A stretch of DNA of 64,000 nt from the human T2T-CHM13v2.0 reference genome, Homo sapiens. The position numbers were made by a program, and so were the translations under genes. A model generated the notes under the pieces. That model made no database searches. It was not told the DNA's origin and worked only from the letters and a program-made list of their open reading frames with translations. Of the stretch, positions 12,464 through 27,697 are shown piece by piece. Each line of letters starts with the position of its first letter. Position 1 is the stretch's first letter. The DNA is taken from NCBI RefSeq assembly GCF_009914755.1, contig NC_060925.1; one strand, 5' to 3'.

Positions 12464-15131
12464 TAGAGTGTCCTCAGCTCTACCTAGAGATGAGTAAACT
12501 AAGTAAACCCAGCTTCAAAGTAGCAGAGCCAGGATTTGGACTCAGCGCTGCTGGGCTCCACAGTCCAAGCACTTCCCACTGCACCAGCTGCTAGAACATC
12601 ACAGGAAGAAATGCCTTGGAGCAGCTGGAGGTGGAGTGGGCCTGCAGCTGGGAGGACTTCTCTAGGGACCCCGATGGCTCAGCCCAGAGCCTGGCCAGAC
12701 ACAGTAAGTCAGTGCCAGTGGAGCTGAATTAAGTTGTTTGCAGGAATGACATAGGGCCTGGAAATTTCTTGTCTTTGAGTTAATAATATGCAAATCTTAT
12801 GCAAACCAAAAAGTCAACTGGCCGTTTTCATTTTTTCCCTGAATTCAGAGTTCTTTTCTATAAAGAAGTCAGTGGCCGCTTAAGATGCATGAGGTTGGGA
12901 CCAGGCAATACTTTAAGAAGTGGGAGTCAGGAGATGTGGGAGGTGGGGGATAAACAGAAGATCAAGGTTTGGAAATTCAAGGACCACAAAAGAAAAGCCT
13001 GTGTGTCCTGAGCTACCTCCACCCCTACATGGTCAGAAGGGATTGTGGGCCCAGCTCTAGGGTCCCTCCACCTCCCCAAGAGACTCTCCCAACCCCCGCA
13101 ACTTCAGCCTTTCTCTTGCTGCCCAGGCCTTCTCTCCCTGCCTGCCTGCCTGCCTACTTCTCTCCAGCTGGCAGGCTGCCTGCTGGGAGCCTGTTGCCAT
13201 AGAAACCAGGCCCAGAAGGATGCTGCAGGACCCAGGAAGGAGAGATGCACTCATGTGCAGTCTCCAACGAGCCCTATGTCCCAACCCCCACCCAGAGAGG
13301 GAGAAGGAGAGAGAACATATCCTCATTGCCTCCCACACAGTCTTCCCCTCAGTGTCTGCCCTGTCCTGCCCTGGTCAAGGTTTGCATCACCATCTGCCCT
13401 GATGATTAGACTGGCCTCCTTTCAGATACCTCTGCCTCCATCAGTACCCTGCAGAGGAAGAGCACGGGGCCAGGAGTTAGCTCTGAGTTCTAATGCTGGC
13501 TTTCTCACTGTGTGCCTTTGTCACTCACCCTCCATCTAGGTCATCCAATGTGTATGTGTGTATGTATTTAAAATATATGTATTAGATATAAATATACACA
13601 CATATACATCTAAAAATACACACATATATACAATTATAGAAATAGATAAGTAATTGCCAAGGTAGTTCCTCTCTCTAAAATTATATTTTGCATATTTTAA
13701 GATCTGGGGCCCTCCCCAGTCCACCCAAGACTGGAATAGTCTTCCTAAAGCTGAGCTCTGCCAAGTCATTCCCCTGCTCAAAACCCTTCCACAGCCCCCT
13801 ACTACCAACAAGACAAAGTTCAGACTTCCTGTACCAGCATTATCTGAGGCCCTGATGTCCTGGACACAGTCCTCCTCTTCAACCTCATCTCCCCCACATT
13901 CTCCTTGTTCCTTGAATCGACTATAAGCGATCCTGACTCCAAGCCTTTGCACACGCTACTCCTCTGCCTGAAATGGCCTTCCTCCTCCTGGCTCCTTGTC
14001 CATTCCCTCCTTAAGTCCTGTTTTACCTGTTTCACCCTCCACTGCCCACAAGACCACTCCTGAGTACCACACCTCCCTCAGCAGCCCTCCTGGCTTCAGA
14101 GGCAGCCCTGCCGTTCAGGCAGATTGTTCTCTTTCTGGTGAGAGTCTTGAATGTCTAGCTGCACTGTTAGGATGCATCTTGACTTACTTTGAATGTTTTT
14201 GTGCCTTTGTGCTCTAGTTAGCTTGTGGCTCCTTCAGAGCTACAGCTGTTGCAAACCACAAAGGTAAAGGAGGGGGTTGCTCCAATAAATACGTGCCTGA
14301 TGATCTGCCACACCTGCGTGCTTTCCTGTCGCCCCTGCTAAACACAGCTGTGTCCTTCGGCACTGCCATGTTCGCTGCCTTCCGCCTGTCCTCTGAGATG
14401 TCTTGAGAGGATCCCATTCCATCGCGATGGAAACAGCCATACTGCCGGGAACAGAAGGACCAAGTGCCCCAGGCTGCATGCTTCTCAAGCCACTGCCTCA
14501 GTGAGCTCTCTCACATGTCTGCCTCAAAGGAGACCAAGGAAGTCGAGGAGCTGATGGGATGACCAGAAGCACAGTCCTCACCAACGCTCCTGGCCAGCAG
14601 CCAGAGATGTGTACAGCACAAGCAGGAGGCGCTTATCCCTGTGCAAGTGGCATTTAAAACCAGCAGTGTGGGACAAGCTCACCCAAGAAAAGAACAACGG
14701 ATCCAAGATCCAAACCCCGGGAGAACACGGACATTTCAGGGGTGGGTGGAGACGGTGCAGCTCATAGAGGAGACTAAGCCAGAAAGGAAGGGGGAGAAAA
14801 CCACCAGAAAGTGACATAAAAGCAGAGAGGGGACAGAAAGGTCTCATGAAGGAATGGGCAGCTAACATGGAAAACGCAGCCGGTTAAGAATGAAAGGTGC
14901 CCACGGATTTTGCAATCTGGAAGCCACGGGTGATCCAAGCAAGAGTGGGTTTGGTGGAATGTGGGGGCAGATGCAGACTGCAGCAGGTTGTCAGGAGGTG
15001 GAGAAAACTAGTCAAGGCAACCCTCAGAAAGCCTGGCTGAGAAGGGAGGAAGACAGAAGAGAATGTACTGTTAAAGAGGGATATTTTGTTTTGGGTGCTT
15101 CTTGCTTGCTGTATCCCAAGAGGAAAGAACC

Positions 15132-15597
15132 TGTGGTGTAGGCAGAATAATAGCCACCAAAGGAATCCACATCCTCATCCCCAGAACCCAGGAATATGTT
15201 ACCTTCCACGGCAAAAAGGAATTTGCAGATGCGATTAAGTTAAGGATACTAAGAAGAGGAGACTCTCCTGGATTATCCTGGTGTAATCACATTTTATAAA
15301 TGAAAGAGGGAGGAAGAAGAGTCAGAGAAGAAAATGGAATGACAGAATCAAGGTTGGAATAATGCAACCTAGGGACTCAACCCACCACTGCTGGCTCTGA
15401 AGATAGAAGCAAGCTGCAAGTGAAGGAATGCAGATAGCCTCTATAAACTGGGAAAAGGTGACAAATGGATTCTTCCCAGAGCCTCCCAGAGCCCAGTTTG
15501 AAACCCCATTGAGACTCTGACCCCAGATAATAAATATGTATTGTTTTCCATCACTGAATTTGTGATAATGTTTCAGCAGGAATACAACATTAACACA
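15132..15597 (+). mobile_element. MaLR LTR (MLT1D-like)
   Basis: tgtgg...gcagaataat...aaaaggaatttgcagatgcgattaagttaagg body, ends ...aacaca. Confidence 0.7.
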
Positions 15598-16448
15598 ACC
15601 TGTAAAGAGAAATGAAATGAAGAGAGAGAAGAGAGGAGGAACCAGATATAAGGATGGATAAAAAAGAATAACATCTTCTAAGCACTTAGTATGTGCCAGG
15701 AGAAGCACTTTCCATGAATAAACATGCTCAATCCTCACAAACAGTCCCACTCTATGGATGTTAGTGTCAGCCCTACTTGTAGATCAGAAAACCGAGGCTT
15801 AGTGGGGTTGACTCCTAAGATGAAGGCAGGGCTGGTGGAAGAGACAAGGGAAGATATCTAAGTAAGCTGGGGTTTGGCTTGGAAGTGGACAGAAGTCCCA
15901 CCAGTTGACCCCAATCATCACAATGAAGTGGGCGATGGGGGGTGGTTATCTGCTGGAGATGTCTGGGGAGTAGGGGAAGGAATGAAAATGAGCAGCTTTG
16001 GGTGGGGGCAGCGGAACAGAGCGGTTAGGCCCGTGTGCTCTGGAGCCTTGCCCGGGTCCAAAACCCAGCTCGGTGGCTTGTGCCTCATTTTCCCATCTGT
16101 AAATGAGAATGATAATAGTAGCAGTTCATAAGATTGTTGTGAGATAATATCCATAAAGAACTCAGAACAGCACCCTGCCTGCCCATTGTGTTAGCTATTC
16201 TAGAGAAGTAGAATGGTTTGCAGCTCTCACTGAAAAGAGAGGGAGCTGGACAAACACAATCATCGGAATGTAGCACTGAGAACCCGGCTAGGGCATTGTA
16301 GTTATTAATTATTATGATTGCTGTTGATCATTTCCATCTGTTCTCCCACAGCGCTTTGAACAAAACTCTTTTATACTCCATATCACATTGTATCATGGCT
16401 GGTTATTTGCATAAGTGTCTCCTCACTAAATAGGGCAGTTCATCACAC

Positions 16449-16487
16449 TGGTTGGTTGGTTGGTTGGTTGGTTGGTTGGTTGGTTGG
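16449..16487. repeat. (GGTT)n microsatellite
   Basis: About 9 direct tetranucleotide units. Confidence 0.9.
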
Positions 16488-16499
16488 AAGGAAGGATGG

Positions 16500-17008
16500 T
16501 AGAGACCACTAACTGTCTTCCAAGATCCACTCTCCATTTCCCCCTTAGTAACAGAACCCCACCATTTTATGCTGGACACATGGCTACTTTGAATAAAGAT
16601 TCTTTCCCAATCTCCCTACCAACTAAATGTAGCCATGTGCCTAAGTTCTAGCCCATGAGATAAAAGTAGAAGTGGCATGTGCAACTTCCAGAAAGTGTCC
16701 TTAAAAGGAGGGGGTATGCCCTTCCTTGTCTCTTCCTCCTTCCCGATCACCAGAATGCAGACATGATGGCTGGACCTCAAGCAGCCATTCTGGAACATGA
16801 GACCAAAGGGAAGTGCTAAGTGGGGTGGGGGATGAGGAAAAGATAGAAGGCTCCAGGTCCTGACACTGTGGGGCATCTACCAGACCTCAACTAACTCTCC
16901 CTGGATTTCCTCTAAGTAAGAGAGAAATAAACTTCTATCATATTTAAATCACTGTTGTTTGGGGGGTTTTCTATAACTCACAGTCAAACCCACTCCTAAC
17001 TATAACAG
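16500..17008 (+). mobile_element. Old MaLR LTR (MLT1J/K-like)
   Basis: agccatgtg..aagttctagcc.atgagat motif and aaataaacttctat 3' end; a similar copy lies at ~23880-24322. Confidence 0.6.
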
Positions 17009-17956
17009 ATGAATTTTTAGAATAGTGAAGTTAAGGGCTTATGTCGCTATTTAGTTTTGGATTTGGCAGTATTTGCTGTGGTCTCCACCAACAGCTGTCA
17101 GCACAGGATAAAAACTGGCTTCAGCTGTGAATTGTCATTAATGCGTAACAATGCATTCACAATATTTTCTCCCAAGCCTTTAAATGTGGCTGCAGAAGCC
17201 TCCTCCCTTTGAGTGCTCCAAGGTGACAATGATTACATTCCTGATGATAATGCAAGTTGTTATCATGGTTACTTCAGGGAGAGTTTCCACTGCGATTCTA
17301 CTTCAGGGAGAGTTTCTACTGTGATTCTCTGGGGGATAACATAAAAGCCTCTGGGTAGAAGCTGGATTATCCCAAGAGACACAGTATCCAAGGAAAGCTC
17401 TATATCCAGAAGTTGTCAAGAGGTTTTGCCAGGAGTATTTGGCAGCAGGCAGGAAGGGTGGGAGGGGGAGTGGGCAGGGAGGGGGAAGGACGGTGTCATT
17501 TCAACTAGGCATAGCCTTCAAACTAGCTTCTATAGAAGCTCCTGTGTGAAGGCATCTAAGAGCCTAAACATATAATCAAGCAGGGGTCACTGAACCCACC
17601 ACTCCAGCCTGGGGGCTGTGACAGGGATGCCAAGGTGGGGCTAGGGTGGGAGATTCAGGAGGAGTCATGAGGGTCAGTCAGAAACCGTCCTAAATTTGCA
17701 GGCTCAGGAATGGAGGTAGCATCTGTGCCCAGGGCTTTGGGCAGTCAGCTTCTTATTGCTTTTGCAGGACTGTTCTTGGAATATAACTTAATGGGTATGG
17801 AAGCTTCTTTCCCAGGCCTCAAGGGGCCATTCTTTCAGCACATACCCTTCCCAAACTCCCAAAGCTAGAAATGACCATAATGTTAAGGAAAGGGTAGGCA
17901 GGTCTTCCTCCACAGAGTTCTCCAGGTGGCCCTTCGTGGGCACAAGCAGGTATGAG

Positions 17957-18185
17957 TAGGGTTGTCAGATAAAATATAGGACTCCCAGTTGAATTTGAAT
18001 TTCAGATAAATAACAGATGTTTTTACTATGAGTATGTCCCAAATATTGCATGTGACATACTAAAATGCATTCATTATTTATCTGATCATCAAATTTAACT
18101 GGGCATCCTGGTGGTTTTTGTTTCTTTATTTTGGTGGGTTTTGCTGTTGATGTTGTTGGTTTTGTTTTTGCTAAATTTACAATTT
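17957..18185. mobile_element. MER53-like palindromic hAT MITE
   Basis: tagggttgtcagataaaatatagg..ccagttgaatttgaatttcagataaa ... tttatctga..tcaaatttaactggg internal inverted repeat. Confidence 0.7.
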
Positions 18186-20657
18186 AAGATAAGGTCTGTC
18201 TGGGAGGAATTAGAGGTGGAAGATACAGGCAGATCCCTATGGTTAGAAAGAGTTGGAGGCAAAAATCCCATTTTCTATGACTTCAGAGGGCCCCTTGCTA
18301 ATATTCAGCAAGACATCTGATGCATCCTTTTATCATGGCCCAGAGTGTGCTGGGTCTAGGGAAACAGGTGCCATAAGGACATGTTGAGACACGGCTGGTA
18401 ACTGATTAAGTATGTTCTCTCTCACCACAAGGCCTTAGCATATGCTATTCCTTCTGCCTGGAACCTTATCTCCCATTTTTCACTCAGTTAATTTTTGTTC
18501 ATCCTTCGGATCTCCACCCAAATGTCACTTCCCAGGGAAGCCATGCCTGACCCCTCTGGCAGACTCAAAGCCCCATAGTCTACACTGTCATGGCTCACAT
18601 GCCGCTCCTTTGTGGCAGCCGGCACAGCGGCTACATCATTAATGAGATTCTTAGATTAACTTCGTGGTAAGCTTTGCATGGGCAGGAGCTGTCTCTGGTT
18701 CTGCTCACCTTTGCATCCTCAGTGCCCAGCACAGTGTTTGGCAAATAATACAGATCCAATAAATATCTGTGGACAGATGAATCTTGGCGGGGGGGTGGGG
18801 GTGTGCAGTGGAGATAGAACTGAAGGGGTGCCAGCCCCCTCCCCTTATATTCTAAGCCAAGTCATCACTGACACTGGGCAACTGGAAGGACTCACAGACA
18901 ATTCCCAGACAGAAGGGACAATAAGTCCAAAATCCTCACCCAAGAGGTGAGCAGGGAACACCCTGAAAGGCAGAAGAGAAGAGACCTTTCCTGCTCAGCA
19001 ATTTTTAAAACCAAATTACAGAGAGAGAAACAGATACTGGGATGAGCGAGACAGCAGTAAGGACAAGAGAGTCAAAGAAAATGGGGCTGGGCTGTGTGTG
19101 GCGGGCCAGGCCTGAATGCTGGCCAGGCGAGGCTGCTGGAATTCATGGCTCGCTTTTATGCACCAGTTGGGGCATGGTGTGTGAGGAGTCAGACTTAAAG
19201 TGCCAGGGACATAAGGGACAGAAAGGACTGTGCAGGTGTATGACTAAGGACGCCTGCAGCAGACAGGCCAGGGAGCCTGGCCAAAGAGATGGGCCAGATT
19301 TCCCCTCTCCCCACCTGTCACTCCCTCTGAATTCCCAGTGTGATCACCTGTCCCAGGCAGTTTGGTTCTTTCGATGCTTATTCAACACCATGTCCTCTCC
19401 TCAGCCCGCCACATCAAGACCTCACCAAGCACTTACACAAGAGCAAGGAAGGCCACGTTCTCTGCCTGTCCCTGCCCTTCCCTGACTTTCACTCCAAAAT
19501 GCTGCTCAAATTGGCCCACTTCTCTCTGTATCCACTGCTATCAGCCTTACCCAGACCACTGATCAATAGAGTAGACTGAATTAACTTAGGAAGCTCCCAC
19601 TCACACCCTAAACGCATAGAAATGCTGGGTTTTTAAAAATCAAAAAGGTGTTTTTGCTACAATGCTGGGTTTGAAAATAGGAATGAGAAATGTCCAGGTA
19701 TCAGAAACAGGAAGGAAATTCAAAGAACATATAGTGAGAGGGGGTCTAAGCCAAGTGAACCACAGGGAGATCAGACCAGACATATGCTAGAGGCTGGATG
19801 AAAACGCTGAGGGAGGATGAGAGGAGAGACCCCAAACCTGCGCAGCAAGGGGAGCTGGAAAGAGACCCTGTGCGCAAAGTCGGCAGCCAAGAAGGTCTGT
19901 TTCATTTGCAAACTTGGACTCAAAACGCTCATGCCAGGGATGCAGGAATGTGGCCTGGAAGGAGGATGCTGGGAAATCGGAACATGAAGGCTTCCTTGTG
20001 TGGAGGTGTGGGGTTCAAATGAGTATTACCTGTGAAACACAAGAAACCTCAAGCCTCAAAGGGAGATATTAACTTTAAAACTTCAAGCAGTGCTTCAGCA
20101 TGAAGGAAACTGAACCAGGAGAAAGAAGAGGGCAGTAAAAAACAATAGTGAACACACAAATTACGGAAACACGTATGTAAATCTAAACTGTTAAAGCATA
20201 AAAGATACAACAGCAGCTGATTTCACAGAGACTTTTTAAGAGGTATAATCAAACTACTAGATAAACATAACATGGAAGATGGGAGGAGAAACTTAAGAAG
20301 GAAATTAAAGTGTTCCAAGATTCTTGTTTTGTGCCTAAGAAGGACAGAAGTACTGACTAATGTTAGACGTTATTAGGAAAATATGAAATTAAGTATATCT
20401 GTCAAATGTTTAAGGGAAATCACTACTAAAATGTAAACTTCCAAACCAGTGGAGTGAAGAAGAGAAAGTAAACTCTATTTACTGTTGATCAGTTCAACAT
20501 AAGATAAAAAGAAAGGGAGAAAGCAAAGAAAAAGCATGTCAACTAGAAAATTTTTAAACAGATGATAGAAATAAACTCAAGTCAGTAATGAAAAATATAT
20601 ACATGGATTAAATATGTCTAAACTCTAGCTATAAATCGCTTATAAGCAACACATATA

Positions 20658-20968
20658 GGCCAGGCACCGTGGCTCACTCCTGTAATCCCAACACTTTGGG
20701 AGGCTGAGCCGGGTGGATCACCTAAGGTCAGGAGTTCGCGACCAGCCTGGCCAACATGGCGAAACCCTGTCTCTCCTAAAAATACAAAAAAATTAGCCAG
20801 GTGTGGTGGCACATGCCTGTAAACCCAGCTACCCAGGTAGCTGAGGCAGAAGAATTACTAGAACCCAGGAAGCGAGGTTGCAGTGAGCTGAGATCACGCC
20901 AATGCACTCCAGCCTGGGTGACAGAGCAAGACTCATCTCAAAAAAATAAAAATAAAAATAAAAAAATA
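20658..20968 (+). mobile_element. Alu (AluS)
   Basis: Full Alu dimer with (AAAAAT)n tail. Confidence 0.9.
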
Positions 20969-21359
20969 AGCAACACATCTAAAACATAAGGATATAGGAA
21001 GGTTGAAAATAAAAGGATGGAAAAAGATGTATTGGAAAATTAACCAAAAGCAAGCAGCCATAGCAATAAAAATCAGGTAAAAAAGACTTCAAGGCAAAAG
21101 CCATTAGTAAGGATGAAAAGCAGCCTATTTAATATTAAAAGAGCCAAGCCACCAAGAAGATACAACAATCATAAGCTTGAATGCTTATAAACAGCACACT
21201 CTCAAACTGAAGTAAAAATCAACAAAGTTACCAGGGAAAATGACATATCCACAATCATGGTGAGACATTTTTAACACACCTCTCAGAACTGATAGATCAA
21301 ATGTACAAAAAAAAGATAAACATTTGAAAAATATAATTTATAAATTTGACCATATATGA

Positions 21360-22172
<813 letters not shown>

Positions 22173-22689
22173 ATACATGATATATATACATATGATGAAG
22201 GAGGTCTCAACAAATTCTAAGCAATAAATATAATAGGTACATAATATGACCACAATGTAGCAAATTTAGAAATCAATAATGAAAAGGCTGTCCCTTGTCA
22301 AAAAAATTCATTTGAAAACTAAAAAAAAAAATTATTCTAAAAATTCATAGGTTAAAAAGGAAATTACGACAAAAGTGATGAAAGATGAAAGTTACATATT
22401 CAATATGTACAATAAAAATACCGCTTCCCAAAACTTATGAGATATAGCCATAAAAGGATATAGTTATAAGGGAAATTATAGCCCTAACAGCACATGTTAA
22501 AAAATAAAAAATATTGAAAGTTAGGGATGAATTCAAGAGGCATAAAGAAAGACAAACACAGCAGACAAAAGAAAATAACCAAAAGTAGAAGGAAGGAAAT
22601 ATTAAAGATTGCTCACCAAAACAAAAAACTAGTTTTTTTCAAAGACGAATAAAATGTAAGTTTCAACATATGTATTTTTTTCTTTCCCC

Positions 22690-22985
22690 CCCTTTTCTTT
22701 CTTTGACACAAGGTCTCAGAGTCTCAGAGACAGGCTGAAGTACAGTGGTGTGATCAGAGATCACTGCACCCTCAAACCCATGGGTTCAAGTTATCCACCT
22801 GCCTCAGCTTCCCCAGGAGCTGGAACTACAGATGCATGCCACCATGCCCAGCTAATTTTTGCATTTTTTGTAGAGATCAGGTCTCACTACGTTGCCCAGG
22901 CTCATCTTGAACTCCTGATCTCAAGCAATCCCACCTCAGCCTCCCAAAGTACTGGGACTATAGGTATGAGTTACTAGGTCTAGCC
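22690..22985 (-). mobile_element. Alu (AluJ-like, diverged)
   Basis: Reverse Alu body. Confidence 0.8.
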
Positions 22986-23083
22986 TAAAAATATGTTTAA
23001 TTATAAAATATACAAACCTCAGGCAAGGCTGACTCAAGAAAGAGAGGTAAGACATAAATACATGGTATTGGAAATAAAAAGGG

Positions 23084-23343
23084 AGCCAAGCACAGTGGCT
23101 CACGCCTGTAATCCCAGGACTTTGGGAGGCTGAGGCGGGCGGATCACCTGAGGTCAGAAGTTCGAGACCAGCCTAGTCAACATGGTGAAAACCCGTCTCT
23201 ACTAAAAATACAAAAATTAGCCGGGCATGGTGGCAGATGCCTGTAATCCCAGCTACTCGGGAGGTGGAAGTTGCAGTGAGCCAAGATCACACCACTGCAC
23301 TCCAGAGTGAGACTCTGTCTCAAAAAAAAAAAGAAGAAGAAAT
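23084..23343 (+). mobile_element. Alu (AluS) with right-arm deletions
   Basis: Alu left arm intact; right arm jumps gggagg>tggaagttgcag. Confidence 0.85.
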
Positions 23344-24829
23344 GCAAAGGGAGATATCAATATAGAGATGCAATAAATATTGATAACATTTTAATACTAT
23401 GAGAAAGAATATTTGTGCCAAAAACTTTGAAAACTGTCAATTCTTATGTTTCTTTTTTAAATAAAATATAAATCACCAAAATGATTCAAGAAAAAAAATA
23501 AAACCAGAATAGGTCAATAATCACTAAAGAAACTGAAGCTGTAGTTTTAAAAGTCTCTCCTATCCCCAAAAGGCATCAGGCATAGATAATTTTATAGGCA
23601 ACCTTTACCAAACCTAAAGAATAGATAAGTCTTGTCTTACACAAATTGTTCCAAAGAACAAAAACACAGAGAAACCTACCAAATTCATTTTAGGAGCCTA
23701 TCTTAGCTCTAATACCTGAATTGAAAAGCAGTAAAAAATTGTAGGCTTACAATTATTATGATATATCACTTATGATACATTCATAAATCTAAATGATTTA
23801 AAATTTTAAAGTAGCAACTGTTCAAAAATCTAATACTGTATATAAAAATAATATAGCAAAACTGTAACAAAAACCCCTAGAGCTCCACATAGCTATTCTT
23901 TGTCTTTAGTCATGAGAACCCTGATTCTTAGCTATGTAGTTTACACCCTCCACATCGCTTCCCAGCTAAAAGACTATACCCCACAGCCTCCCTTGCAGCT
24001 AGGTGCCACCATGTGATGAGATTTTAGCCAATGTGATGAAACTGGTTGTGTGTAACTTGCAGGAAGTCTTTTTAAAAAGGATGGACTGCATCCCTCTTCC
24101 TCTTTACTCCTTCTCACTGCTCAGAATGCAGACATGACTGGGGGAGCTTGAACTTAAGGTCCCTAGACATGAAGTGATGTACAAAATAGAAGGAGCCTGG
24201 AGTTCTGACACTGCACTCCCTACATCTAAGCTGGCTTTTTTTTTTTAAGTGAGAGAAAAATACACTTGTTTAAGACACTACTGAGGCCCTGTGACTCACA
24301 GCCAAATTTAATCCAAACTGACAATGGGATCAAGCAGGGTTTATCCCAGGAATGAAAGAATGGAAAATCCATTCATTCATATAATTCACCATGTTACACA
24401 TGGAAGGAGAAAAATCTATGATCATCTAAATAGATTCTGAGAAAACATTCAATAAAATTTCACTCATATTTTCTATTTTAAAAAATAAAAATAAGATGCT
24501 TATCCAACTAGGAATAGAAAGGAATTTCCTTAACCTGACAAATGGTATCCATCAAAATTTGTAGCAAACATCATCTTGAAAAACATAGCCACTAAAGTCA
24601 ATACTACTGAACAGTGAACAGAAGTCCTATTCAATGCAATATTACAAGAAAAATAAATGAAAATACAGATTTAAAAGAAATATCTTCATTCACAGAAAAA
24701 TAACTGACTATATAGGAAGCCCATCATGATTTTCAGATAACCTATGAGACTAATAAGAGAGACCTAATTCAGCAGCAACGTTACTGAATACAAAATCAAC
24801 ATACAAAACATACAAAACCTAACAGTAGA

Positions 24830-25166
<337 letters not shown>

Positions 25167-26548
25167 CTAGCAGTGCCTAGTTGTAAAATGCAATAGAAGA
25201 AAAACATCCCAATCACAATAGCCACCACATTGCAAAACACAATCACCTTTCTTCTGGATCATGAAAAATCCTCCTAACTAGCCTTCTCGTTTCCACTATT
25301 GCTTTCTTCAAATTCATTCTCCACTCAGCAGCTTGTGATCTTTCATGAACATAAGTTAGATCATGTTGCACTCCTTCTTTAACCTTTACATGGCTACTCA
25401 TTACTCATAATTAGATTCCAATTCCTTATCATGTCCATGCTCTGCATAACCTGCCCCTGCCTGTTCTCCAATTAACTCCCTTCCCACTCCCCTGCCCCAC
25501 TCCACACCAGCCACATGGACCTTCTTTCAGTTCCCGATGCATGTCAAACTCTTTCCTGCCCCAACACCTCCACATATGCTATTCCCTCTCCCCTGAATGC
25601 TTTTCCTCCAATCATCACCTGAGAGTTCTTAGTCAATCCTCAAGTCTCAGCTTAAATGTCACCTGTTAATCTAAATAAGGTCCCTTCTTCTCTCTTATCT
25701 CCTCCTTTTTCTTTCATATTCCTACATAATATGCAATAAAATCCCACTACCTATTATATCATAATGTGTTGTCATATTTTTATTCAAGGATTATTTATTC
25801 ATTGCCTTGATTTCCCTCTAGACCATAGCTTCTGTGAGGGCAGAAGTCATGTCTTTGATGTTTCCTGAAGCATTTAACACAGTGCATAGGAGCTGTCATA
25901 CAACACGTGCTTAGTAAGTATCTGATGAATGAATGAATCAATCAATCAATGACAAGAGTTTGCTGATTTAGCAAGAGTCTCAGCTAGAAGGCCTGCAGCA
26001 CTCTTCCCAGGATTCAAGGGTTATTAGGAGGAATGTGGGGAACCCCCACCCCCCTGGACCTATCTAGACAAGGAACCAAAAAGCCTCTAAAGGGAGTGAG
26101 TGGGCTTGGTGGTCCATGGGATAGCACTAGAATTGGGGGTGGGTAGGATTCAGAACATAGAGTTGCATCCATCCATGACTCCTACCCCATCTCTCAATAA
26201 TTCAAGTCACAGATTTGCAAATTGGGTTTGCCATAAAATGCTATTTTTCTGAAATCTTTGTGGCACAGTAAAAGTTTGGTGAACAGCAGGTTTAGAAGTC
26301 ATGCAGGCAACCAGGGCAGCATTATGCCACCCTCGATGAAGGCATTTACAGCCCCAGGAGCACACAGAACTTCAGGGAGCCAAATCAGAAGTTGAGAAAA
26401 ATGGTGAATCCCATAGGAACACCAAAAAAACTTCATCAGGCACAAACACAAGACATCCCAAGGACATCCCAGAAATAGCTGGGGAAATCTGGGCGAAGGA
26501 CAGCAACTGGGAACAGAGCTGCGAGGAACCACTGCTAGTGGGACACTG

Positions 26549-26853
26549 GTTTTTTGTGTTTTGGGTTTTTTTTGAGATAGTCTCACTCAGTCACCCAGGC
26601 TGGAGTGCAGTGGTGCAATCTCAGCTCGCTGCAACCTCAGGCTCCTGGGTTCAACCAATTCTCATGCCTCAGCCTCTCGAGCAGCTGAGACTACAGGAGT
26701 GTGCCACCATGCTCAGCTAATTTTTGTATTTTTAGTAGAGATGGGGTTTTGCCATGTTGGCCAGGCTGGTCTCAAGCTCCTGGCCTCAAGTGATCCACCC
26801 ACCCTGGCCTTCCAAAGTGCTGGGATTACAGGCGTGAGCCACCGCACCTGGCC
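26549..26853 (-). mobile_element. Alu (AluS/J)
   Basis: Reverse Alu, TSD tgggacact(g/a)gttt. Confidence 0.9.
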
Positions 26854-27611
26854 TGGGACACTAGTTTTATTCCTCCAGTCGTATGGCCTGGGAAGCTCAG
26901 ATACCATGAAACCGTTATGGCCAGCCCCTGGCAAGCTCCCAGACACCCTTTCTCCCCATAGGCACCCAACAACAGAGAGGCCTCTTTCTGGTATCCCCTC
27001 CAGAGCTGGCAATGCTAATTCTTCAGTGAAAATTAAGGAGTCAATGTTTCTGAGGCCACCTAATGCCAGAATAGTGGCTGCTGCTAATTGTACTATCTCA
27101 GGTACACCACAGACTCAGGCATGTAATAGGTACCCCCAACTGGTTAAATGCTTGTGTGAGCCAAGTGAGGAGGAGTGTTATATCTGCCAGGGGCTCCTGA
27201 GAGGCAATCTTCCCGTTTGTTTCTTTTTGAGCTCACATACTTGTACACCACAGGATGTAATGAGGGATTGGCAGATCCTATCATCCCCTGGAAAGGACAA
27301 TTGCTGGAGGCCTGCTCGGCACCTACATGTAACCTTTCCCATCCTCTCCTTCCCTGCAACTGCTGTGTATCTCCCGTCTGCCTCTGAGCACCTGGGGTGG
27401 GCATGGGCACAAGAACTCTAGGTTTGATGACTCCTCTGGTGACATCTCTATGGAACAGCCCCTGTGGCTGCTCTGACCACCCTCTATAAAAAGGCTTGGT
27501 CTCACTTCCAGGAAAAGAGGATGTGCAGGGAGACTGGGCTAGTGGGGACACTATGCAGCCCTCTCTCCTCCTGTCTCCCAGCGAAGCCTGGGCACTCCCA
27601 CCGTGACTTAC

Positions 27612-27697
27612 CTCTTGTCCTCTTCCACCTGCACGCCAATAGAGTGGAACTCCCTCCGGCTCCTGTTCTCGGTGTCCGAATCTGAGATCGTCTCCAC
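27612..27697 (-). CDS. DLGAP3: DLGAP3 exon 8 (VETISDSDTENRSRREFHSIGVQVEEDKR)
   Basis: caccag|GTG ... AG|gtaagt, 86 nt, phase 0/2; dynein light chain LC8-binding SIGVQV motif. Confidence 0.96.

Noticed and set aside
26699-27421. 240-aa ORF starting [17 protein letters not shown]
   Set aside because: The N-terminus is translated antisense Alu; the same applies to the many LECSG/WDYR-type ORFs in the track
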